DNA of 35,367 nt from Burkholderiaceae bacterium (GTDB taxonomy: Bacteria; Pseudomonadota; Gammaproteobacteria; Burkholderiales; Burkholderiaceae_C). Under the pieces are notes generated by a model. It worked only from the letters and a program-made list of their open reading frames with translations, made no database searches and had not been told where the DNA came from. This document shows, piece after piece, positions 19,751 to 26,763 of the stretch. Each line of letters begins with the position of its first letter. The stretch's first letter is position 1. The position numbers and the translations under genes are program-made. The DNA lies in assembly GCA_039925165.1 (NCBI GenBank), contig JBDSZM010000035.1, positions 1 to 35,367 on the forward strand. Direction: 5' to 3'.

Positions 19751-21108
19751 GCCGCATCGCCCGCCGCTGCGCCGGCGCCCTTGCGCAGCAGCCGCTGCCA
19801 CTCGCGGTAACCGGTGTGCAGGCAGGTCTCGTCGCCCTGACTGTAGGAGCCCTGGACAGCATCCACGGCCTGCACGCCCAGCGCCTGCGCCTGCGGGCTG
19901 GTGGTGTTGCCGCGCGCTGTCATGCCACGCGAGTAACCTTGCTGCCATTCGATCACATGCGCCGCGTGGCCACGCTGACAGGCTTCGTAGACGGCCGTGT
20001 CGTCGGGGGTCGCCATTCCGCTCGGGTTGTAGAAGTCCTCGTACTGGCGGATGCGGCGACGACGTTGCTCCAGCGGCTCGCCCCGTGGCCCGATGCACCA
20101 GGTCAGGACCTCGGTGCGGTCGACCGCCACGGGACGCAGCACGCGCAGTTGCAGCGACGCGTTTTCCACGACCTGCAGATTCGGGAACACCACCAGGTTG
20201 CGCACCTTCAACATCCACTGTGCAGCCGTCTCGCCGACACGGCTTTGGATCTCGTCGAACGCGCAGGCAAGAGGTCGTTCCGACCCCTTGGGGTTGTCGC
20301 CCCAGTAAGCGACGTGGCCGTGACGGAAGCTCAGCGTGCCGCGGCCCGACTGCTGCTGGGACGCCAGGTCTTCGTAGATGGAGCCTGGCACTTCGGCCGC
20401 TCCTGCGGCCCGGCGCTCGCCGCGCTTGTGCAGCACGTCGATATACGACGGGTGGGTGGAAGTGAAGTGGTACAGGTCCAGCGCATTTTCGAGCTGCATC
20501 TTCCAGTTGCCAGCGTATTCGTAGCTGACGGCACCGGGGATCACCTCGATCCCGTCGGGTCCCTGGTCGACGACCAGGTCGAGGAATCGGGCGGCGCCGT
20601 CCAGGTGCTCCTCGAGCGCCGGCACGTCGGGCGCAAGGCTTGCGAACAGAAAGCCGCGGTAATTGCCGAACCGGGCCACCGGGACCAGGTCGTGGTTGTC
20701 GCAATCGAAGGCCGGCGCGTAACTGCCTGCGTCCCGGTCCTTGATATCGACGCACTTGCCACCGGAGTCGTAGACCCAGCCGTGGTACGGGCAGGCGTGG
20801 TAGCGCCGGTTGCCCTGCGTGGCATTGAACACGGTGGCGCCGCGGTGGCGGCAGCTGTTGAGGAAGCAATGCAGCGCACCCGTTCGATCACGCGAGACGA
20901 CGACCGGTGCGCGGCCCACGAAAGCAGTGAAAAAATCGTTGGGCTTGGGCGCCTGACAAGCCAGGCCGACGAAGACCCAGCTGCCTTCGAAGATGTGCTG
21001 CATCTCTGCGTCAAACACCGCCGGGTCGCGCATCGCATCGCGGTGCACGCTGAAGATGCCTTCGTCGACGCGGTCGTCCACGAGGTCTGCGATGCGGGTG
21101 GTCGTCAT
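19747..21108 (-). CDS. Rieske non-haem-iron ring-hydroxylating oxygenase alpha subunit, benzoate/anthranilate 1,2-dioxygenase-like (BenA/AntA family)
   Basis: 453 aa. Rieske motif CRHRGATV..(17 aa)..CPYHGWVY. Catalytic-domain segment YAGNWKMQLENALDLYHFTSTHPSY. Followed by a beta subunit. Confidence 0.92.
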   Translation of the reverse strand: MTTTRIADLVDDRVDEGIFSVHRDAMRDPAVFDAEMQHIFEGSWVFVGLACQAPKPNDFFTAFVGRAPVVVSRDRTGALHCFLNSCRHRGATVFNATQGNRRYHACPYHGWVYDSGGKCVDIKDRDAGSYAPAFDCDNHDLVPVARFGNYRGFLFASLAPDVPALEEHLDGAARFLDLVVDQGPDGIEVIPGAVSYEYAGNWKMQLENALDLYHFTSTHPSYIDVLHKRGERRAAGAAEVPGSIYEDLASQQQSGRGTLSFRHGHVAYWGDNPKGSERPLACAFDEIQSRVGETAAQWMLKVRNLVVFPNLQVVENASLQLRVLRPVAVDRTEVLTWCIGPRGEPLEQRRRRIRQYEDFYNPSGMATPDDTAVYEACQRGHAAHVIEWQQGYSRGMTARGNTTSPQAQALGVQAVDAVQGSYSQGDETCLHTGYREWQRLLRKGAGAAAGDAA

Positions 21109-21121
21109 GGCAGTGCCCCGC

Positions 21122-22096
21122 TCAGTTCATCGCGATGCCGGAATTCTTGGCGAAGCTTGTCCAGCGTTTCGTTTCCTGCTCGATGTAGGCAGCGAAGTCC
21201 TTGGGTGTACCGGCCTGCAGCACAACGCCGTTCTTCATGAACTGCTCGCGCAGTTCGGGCGCTTCCGTGATGGCCCGCACTTCCTTGGCCACGCGTTCGA
21301 CGATGGCCGGCGGCGTTCCGGCCGGCGCCAGGATGCCCCACCAGGCCGTCACGTCGAATCCGGGAAAACCGGATTCGGCCATCGTCGGCACGTCAGGCAA
21401 GGCCGGAAAGCGTTGCAGCGTCGTCACGGCCAGCAGCTTGAGCTTGCCCGAGGCCACATGGGGCAAAGACGACGTGCCGCCGTCGAACATCATCTGCACG
21501 CGCCCGGCCAGCAGGTCGGTCAGTGCCGGTGCGCTGCCCTTGTACGGCACATGGGCGAGATCGAGCTTGGCCTCCTGCTTGAACAACTCGGCCGCGATGT
21601 GGGTCGAACTGCCGGGGCCGATCGACGCGAAGCTGAGCTTGCCTGGGTGCGCCTTGACGTAGGCCACGAGTTCCTGCACCGACTTGGCGGGCACCTCGGC
21701 CGGCGTCACCAGCAGCAGCGGTGCATGGAACAGCCGTGACACCGGCGCCAGGTCACGCACGGGGTCGTAGCGCATCGGGATGCCGCTGGCAGGGTTGAGG
21801 CTGAGGCTCGTCACGCTGCCGAGCAGCAGCGTGTAGCCGTCCGGGGTTGCCTTGGCCACGTTCTCGGCCCCGATCATCTGTCGCCCGCCGGCCTTGTTGT
21901 CGATGATGACGACTTGTCCCAGGCGCTGTGACAGCCGCTCGCCGACGACGCGGCTCAAGGTATCGGCAACGCCACCCGGTGGGTAGGGAACCACCAGCCT
22001 GATCGGCTTGTCGGGATAGTCCGCATGAGCAGCCGTGCCGCAGAGCAGGAGCGTGGCAGATGTCAGCGCAACGCGCAGGAAATTCAGCAAGTGCAT
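21122..22096 (-). CDS. Bug-family (TctC-like) periplasmic solute-binding protein
   Basis: 324 aa. Sec-type signal MHLLNFLRVALTSATLLLCGTAAHA, then YPDKPIRLVVPYPPGG, DNKAGGRQMIGA and YKGSAPALTDLLAGRVQMMFD. Confidence 0.92.
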   Translation of the reverse strand: MHLLNFLRVALTSATLLLCGTAAHADYPDKPIRLVVPYPPGGVADTLSRVVGERLSQRLGQVVIIDNKAGGRQMIGAENVAKATPDGYTLLLGSVTSLSLNPASGIPMRYDPVRDLAPVSRLFHAPLLLVTPAEVPAKSVQELVAYVKAHPGKLSFASIGPGSSTHIAAELFKQEAKLDLAHVPYKGSAPALTDLLAGRVQMMFDGGTSSLPHVASGKLKLLAVTTLQRFPALPDVPTMAESGFPGFDVTAWWGILAPAGTPPAIVERVAKEVRAITEAPELREQFMKNGVVLQAGTPKDFAAYIEQETKRWTSFAKNSGIAMN

Positions 22097-22146
22097 GTCG
22101 ATTCCTTGTGGTTCATAAGATGCCGGTGCAGCCCACCGGGCGGGGG

Positions 22147-22923
22147 TCAGGTGCGGTAATCGGCGCCGGTGCGGGCCAGCAGACGCAGCAGGGCGGGCCA
22201 GTCGCGGTCCTCGACCGGCGTGCGGCCGGGGTTGCTGAATTGCGCTGCAACCTTGCGGGCGACCGCCTCAGGTGCTTCGACCATGTCGCCCATGGCCTGG
22301 GCGTCGGTCTGGATCTGGCAGGCCAGTTCCAGGAAGTACATGCGCTCGAAGGCTTCCCGCACCGTGCGGCCGACGGTGAGCAGACCGTGGTGTCGCAGGA
22401 TCATGGCGCGGTGCGCACCCAGGTCGGCAACCAGCCGCGCGCGCTCGTCCAGGTCGAGCGCGACACCTTCGTAGTCGTGGTACGCCAGTGCGCCGTGGAA
22501 GCGCATTGCATGCTGGCTGATCGGGCGCAGCCCGCCGCGCTGCGCTGCCACAGCAATGCCGGCGCGGGTGTGGGTGTGCATGACGCAGCCGGCATCGTCC
22601 AGTGCGCCATGGATTGCGCTGTGGATGACGAAACCGGCCCGGTTGATGCCCAGCCCGGTGGCGTCTTGAAGCACCTGCCCCTCCAGATCGACCTTGACCA
22701 GCAATGACGCCCGCACTTCGTCGAACAGCGTGCCGTAAGGATTGAGCAGCAGATGTTCGGTGCCGGGAACCCGAGCCGAGATGTGCGTGTAGATCTGGTC
22801 GCTCATCCGGTAGTGGGCGGCAAGCCGGTAGCAGGCCGCCAGTTGCACGCGGGCCTGCCATTCGACAGAAGTGACCGTTCCCTCCAGCGTGACGGTGCTG
22901 AAGTCTTGGGGCTGGGCGATCAT
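22147..22923 (-). CDS. class II aldolase/adducin N-terminal domain family protein (aldolase or non-oxidative decarboxylase)
   Basis: 258 aa, the C-terminal part of spurious ORF 22147..23625, starting MIAQPQDF. Metal-ligand His pattern HSAIHGA..GCVMHTHT and MILRHHGLLTVGRTVREAF, typical of the fuculose-phosphate-aldolase fold. Confidence 0.85.
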   Translation of the reverse strand: MIAQPQDFSTVTLEGTVTSVEWQARVQLAACYRLAAHYRMSDQIYTHISARVPGTEHLLLNPYGTLFDEVRASLLVKVDLEGQVLQDATGLGINRAGFVIHSAIHGALDDAGCVMHTHTRAGIAVAAQRGGLRPISQHAMRFHGALAYHDYEGVALDLDERARLVADLGAHRAMILRHHGLLTVGRTVREAFERMYFLELACQIQTDAQAMGDMVEAPEAVARKVAAQFSNPGRTPVEDRDWPALLRLLARTGADYRT

Positions 22924-23948
22924 GGCTGCTGGCCCTCGGCCCACGCAGCATCTGCCGCTGCGGCGCGCAGCACGATCTTGCCGAAGTGGGCGCCGCTCTC
23001 CATCAGGCGGTGCGCGTCGGCCGCGGCGGCCAACGGCAGCACGCGTTCGACCTGGGGCTTGCAAAGACCTTGGCGCAACAGCGGCCACACCTGCGCACGC
23101 AAGTCGGCGGCGATGGCGGCCTTGTGTGCGCGGCTGCACGGTCGCAGCGTGCTGCCGGTGATGGTGGCACGCTTGCGCAGGATCGGCAGCACGTCGATTT
23201 CGGCGCGTGCGCCGCCCATGAAGGCGATCAGCGCGATGCGTCCGTCGAGTGCCAGGGCCTCCAGGTCGCGCGCGATGTACGGGCCCGCCACCATGTCGTT
23301 CACAACGTCGACACCACGGCCACCGGTGATGTCCATGGCGCGAGCGACGAAGTCCTCGGTACGGTAGTCGATGGCGTGGTGGGCGCCGATGGCAAGGCAT
23401 CGCGTCGCCTTGTCCTGCGACCCTGCCGTCGCGATGACGGTGGCGCCCATGGCCCGTGCGAGCTGCACGGCCGCGTTGCCGACACCGCCCGACCCGCCAT
23501 GCACCAAGACGGTTTCCGTGGCGCGCAACCGGGCACGCCGGAAGACGTTGTCCCACACCGTGAACAGCGCCTCGGGCAGGCAGGCGGCGGCCTCCAGCGA
23601 CCAGCCGTCGGGCACCGGCAGGCAATGTGCAGCCGGGGCCACGCAGTATTCGGCGTAGGCGCCGCCGGGGGTCAGTGCGCAGACCAGGTCGCCGGGCTGC
23701 CAGGTGCCCACATCGGCGCCGACTGCGACGACCCGACCCGCCACTTCCAGGCCGAGCACCGGCGATGCGTCAGCGGGCGGCAGGTAGCGGCCGATGCGCT
23801 GGGCGCAGTCGGGCCGGTTCACGCCGGCATAGGCCACTTCGATCAGGACTTCATCAGCCGCGGGCGTGGGCCTGGCGGCGCGCATGGCGCGCAGCACCTC
23901 GGGGCCACCGCCCTGGCCGTGGTCGATATAGAACATGTCGGACACCAC
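22920..23948 (-). CDS. NAD(P)H:quinone oxidoreductase, PIG3/zeta-crystallin type medium-chain dehydrogenase/reductase
   Basis: 342 aa. GGPEVL, EVAYAGVNRPD, PVLGLEVAGRVVAVG, cofactor loop VLVHGGSGGVGNAAVQLA, and C-terminal GKIVL. GTG 23948 has a GAGGA RBS about 9 nt upstream; ATG 23936 is the alternative start. Confidence 0.88.
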   Translation of the reverse strand: MVSDMFYIDHGQGGGPEVLRAMRAARPTPAADEVLIEVAYAGVNRPDCAQRIGRYLPPADASPVLGLEVAGRVVAVGADVGTWQPGDLVCALTPGGAYAEYCVAPAAHCLPVPDGWSLEAAACLPEALFTVWDNVFRRARLRATETVLVHGGSGGVGNAAVQLARAMGATVIATAGSQDKATRCLAIGAHHAIDYRTEDFVARAMDITGGRGVDVVNDMVAGPYIARDLEALALDGRIALIAFMGGARAEIDVLPILRKRATITGSTLRPCSRAHKAAIAADLRAQVWPLLRQGLCKPQVERVLPLAAAADAHRLMESGAHFGKIVLRAAAADAAWAEGQQP

Positions 23949-23960
23949 CGGCTGTTTTCC

Positions 23961-24974
23961 TCAGCGTGGCCGCGCCAGCGCGGAGGCCGCGCGGGCGATG
24001 CGGTCGGCATTCGGGATGACCGCTTCCTGCAGATGCGGTGCGGACGGCATCCGCAGGTCGGGCAGCCCGAGCCGGCCCACGGGGGCAGCCAGCCTGCCGA
24101 AGCATTCCTGCTGCACGCGCGCAGCGATCTCGGCGCCGAAGCCGCCGGTGACATTGGCTTCGTGCACCACCAGCAGGCGCCCGGTCTTGCGCACGCTGGT
24201 GTAGAGCGTGTCCCAGTCGAAGGGCGCAATCCAGCGGGCGTCCAGCACCTCGACGTCGACGCCGGATTCGTCCTTCAGTCGAGCGGCCGCTTCCAGCACG
24301 CGCAGCAGCATCGCGCCCCAGGTCACGATCGTCAGGTCCGACCCCGCACGCACGATTCGGGCGCCTAGGGCGGGCTGGATCGCGCCGTCGATGCGCACCG
24401 GCTCTGCCGCGCCGTGGTACAGGCCGCGGTTCTCGATGACAAGCGTCGGGTCGTCGCAGCGCACTGCGGCCAGCAGCATGTCGTAGGCGTCCTGAGCCGT
24501 GGTCGGAATGCCGACCCGCAGCCCCGGCACGTGCGCGTACAGCGCCTCAAGGTTCTGCGAGTGCTGCGCGCACGAGCCGGGCAAGGCGCCCTGCTGCGTG
24601 CGGATCGTCAGCGGCGCACCCAGGCGCCCGGCGGAGACGTAACGCACGTTGGCGGCCTGGTTGACGATCTGGTCCATCGCCACCAGGCTGAAGTCGATCC
24701 ACATGATCTCGACGATCGGCCGCAGGCCGCACATGGCAGCGCCGACGGCGGCACCCAGCATCGCGGTTTCGCTGATCGGCGTGTCGAAGACGCGCTGCGC
24801 GCCGAAGTCACGCTGCAGGTCCTTGGTGACACCGAACACGCCGCCCGGTGCGGCGAGGTCTTCGCCGTAGAGAAGGGTCTTAGGGTCTTCAGCAAGCGCG
24901 CGGCGCAGCGCCGCGTTGACGGCCTTGGCATAGCTCATCTCGACCGTGCTCACGGCGGTGTTCTCGTCACGCAT
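23961..24974 (-). CDS. 2-oxoacid/acetoin dehydrogenase E1 component beta subunit (transketolase-like)
   Basis: 337 aa. MSYAKAVNAALRRALAEDP..LYGEDL, RVFDTPISETAMLGAAVGAAMCGLRPIVEIM, and the C-terminal transketolase domain. 8-nt overlap with the E1 alpha stop; alternative start at 24938. Confidence 0.9.
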   Translation of the reverse strand: MRDENTAVSTVEMSYAKAVNAALRRALAEDPKTLLYGEDLAAPGGVFGVTKDLQRDFGAQRVFDTPISETAMLGAAVGAAMCGLRPIVEIMWIDFSLVAMDQIVNQAANVRYVSAGRLGAPLTIRTQQGALPGSCAQHSQNLEALYAHVPGLRVGIPTTAQDAYDMLLAAVRCDDPTLVIENRGLYHGAAEPVRIDGAIQPALGARIVRAGSDLTIVTWGAMLLRVLEAAARLKDESGVDVEVLDARWIAPFDWDTLYTSVRKTGRLLVVHEANVTGGFGAEIAARVQQECFGRLAAPVGRLGLPDLRMPSAPHLQEAVIPNADRIARAASALARPR

Positions 24975-25947
24975 ACAGGTGCTCCATCACGTGCTTGGGA
25001 TCGGCAAGGGGTGCAGCAAGTGCACGTTGCGTCGCCGTTTCGATCGCACCGCGGGCTTCGGCTTCGGCGCTGCTGAGCCGCGCAGCGTCTACGCCGGATG
25101 CGGCCAGGCGTTCGGCCAGACGGACGATCGGCTCGCGCCCTTTGGCTTCGGTCAACTCGCCGCGTGGGCGGTAGCTCTGCATGTCGCCGTAGTAGTGGCC
25201 CACCAGGCGCTGGGTGGTCATCTCGATCAGCGCTGGGCCCTCACCACGGCGCGCTGCGGCCGCGTGGTAGGCCACGCAGTCGCGCACGGCGTGGATGTCG
25301 TTGCCGTCGATGCGCACACCCGGCATGCCGTAGGCGGCGGCGCGCTTGTACAGGTCGGGATCGCAGACCATGTCGGCGATCGGCGTCAGCTCGGAATAGG
25401 TGTTGTTCTCGCAGACGAACAGCACCGGCAGCTTGCGGTAGGCGGCGAAATTCAGAGCTTCGGCCACGGCGCCTTGGTTCATGGCGCCGTCGCCGAAGGC
25501 GGTCAGCGCGATGCTGCCGTCGCCAGCCAGCTGGCTGGCCAGCGCGGCACCGCAGGCGATCGGCGCACCGGCGCCGACGATCGAGTTCTCGCCATAGAAG
25601 CCCCAGTCAGGCGCGCTGAAATAGGCAGAACCGCCGCGGCCCCTGCACACACCGCTTTCGCGGCCCAGCAGCTCGGCCATTACGCCTTCGGGCGGCACGC
25701 CGCAGGCCAAGGCCCAGCCGTGGCCCCGGTAGGTGGAAAAGACACGGTCCTGCGGCTGCAGCGCCTCGCACGCGCCGACGTAGATCGCCTCCTGCCCGTT
25801 GCACAGGTGGATCGAGCCCTGGATCGTCTGCGCCTTGCGCAGTTCGGTGATCTTTTCTTCCAGCAGGCGGATGCGGTGCATGCGCCCGAGCAGCAGCAGC
25901 GCGTGCTCGATGTCGGCGGGCGCCAGGGGTGGAGTCGTCATGTTCAT
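24967..25947 (-). CDS. thiamine-diphosphate-dependent 2-oxoacid/acetoin dehydrogenase E1 component alpha subunit
   Basis: About 326 aa. TPP motif GDGAMNQGAVAEALNFAAYRKLPVLFVCENN. ATG 25947 shares one base with the TGA of the upstream aldolase (TGATG); ATG 25941 is an alternative. Confidence 0.9.
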   Translation of the reverse strand: MNMTTPPLAPADIEHALLLLGRMHRIRLLEEKITELRKAQTIQGSIHLCNGQEAIYVGACEALQPQDRVFSTYRGHGWALACGVPPEGVMAELLGRESGVCRGRGGSAYFSAPDWGFYGENSIVGAGAPIACGAALASQLAGDGSIALTAFGDGAMNQGAVAEALNFAAYRKLPVLFVCENNTYSELTPIADMVCDPDLYKRAAAYGMPGVRIDGNDIHAVRDCVAYHAAAARRGEGPALIEMTTQRLVGHYYGDMQSYRPRGELTEAKGREPIVRLAERLAASGVDAARLSSAEAEARGAIETATQRALAAPLADPKHVMEHLYA

Positions 25948-26759
25948 CAGGGGGTAGGTGCTTTCTGTGAAACAGGGGATGTGGCCGGGTTCGCACGGCA
26001 CCTGGTCGCGAGCGTGTCGGCGGCACGGACCAGCAGGCCCAGGTCGGACCCGAGCGCCAGCACGCTGGCACCGGCCGCGGCATACGTGCCCGCGTCCGCT
26101 TCGCTGCAGAGCACGCCCGCCGCCTTGCCTGCGCGGCGGATGCGCCGCAGAGCGTCCTTCAGCAGGCCGACGACCTGCGGGTGCGCCGGCTGTCCGAGGT
26201 GGCCCAGGTCTGCGGCAAGGTCGTTCGGACCCAGGAAGACCGCATCGACGCCGTCGACCGCGGCGATTTCGTCAACGCTGTCCAAGCCTGCGCGCGACTC
26301 CACCTGAATGAGCACGCTGACACGTTCGATGGTCTGTTGCAGCTGGCCTGGATGGCGGCCGTAGTCGGTGGCACGCACGCTGCCGGCCATGCCGCGTCGC
26401 CCTTCGGGGGGGAAGCGGGTGTAGCTGACGGCCGTGCGGGCCTGCTCGGCACTGTCGACGTTCGGCACCATCAGCCCGGTGACGCCCAGATCCAGGTACA
26501 GCTTGAAGGCGGCCAGGCTGATCTCCGGCACGCGCACGATGGCCTCGGTGCTGCTGCCGGCCAGCGCCACCAGCTGCGCATGCAGCAGCGGCAACGAGCC
26601 CGGCGTGTGCTCGGCGTCGAAGATCAGGAAGTCGAAGCCGCTCGGCCGCAGCGCTTCCACGATCTGCAGGCTGTACGAACAGCAGAACAGACCCCATTGC
26701 GGGGTGTTCGCCAGCAGCCGTGCCTTGAAGCCCGAGGGGTGCATCAACGTCAATGTCAT
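25947..26759 (-). CDS. HpcH/HpaI-family 2-keto-3-deoxy-acid (pyruvate) aldolase
   Basis: About 270 aa. FKARLLANTPQWGLF.., GFDFLIFDAEHTPG, ..RVPE.., VESRAGLDSVDEIAAVDGVDAVFLGPNDLAADLG. ATG 26759 lies 4 nt after the upstream stop. Confidence 0.88.
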   Translation of the reverse strand: MTLTLMHPSGFKARLLANTPQWGLFCCSYSLQIVEALRPSGFDFLIFDAEHTPGSLPLLHAQLVALAGSSTEAIVRVPEISLAAFKLYLDLGVTGLMVPNVDSAEQARTAVSYTRFPPEGRRGMAGSVRATDYGRHPGQLQQTIERVSVLIQVESRAGLDSVDEIAAVDGVDAVFLGPNDLAADLGHLGQPAHPQVVGLLKDALRRIRRAGKAAGVLCSEADAGTYAAAGASVLALGSDLGLLVRAADTLATRCRANPATSPVSQKAPTP

Positions 26760-26763
26760 GGCG

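Noticed and set aside
19751-20869. N-terminal 370-aa extension of ORF 19241..20869
   Set aside because: Only the last 169 aa resemble an oxygenase beta subunit. The extension overlaps the alpha-subunit gene out of frame and is Arg/Pro-rich. The ATG at 19750 gives the standard ATGA coupling.
19687-21240. 517-aa plus-strand ORF
   Set aside because: It is antisense to the Rieske oxygenase alpha subunit, whose motifs are unambiguous. Shadow ORF.
22924-23625. N-terminal extension of ORF 22147..23625
   Set aside because: Only the last 258 aa match the class II aldolase fold. The extension overlaps the quinone oxidoreductase gene out of frame.
22986-24368. 460-aa plus-strand ORF
   Set aside because: It is antisense to the quinone oxidoreductase and E1 beta genes. 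Its composition is Gly/Ala/Arg/His-rich and no motifs are present.
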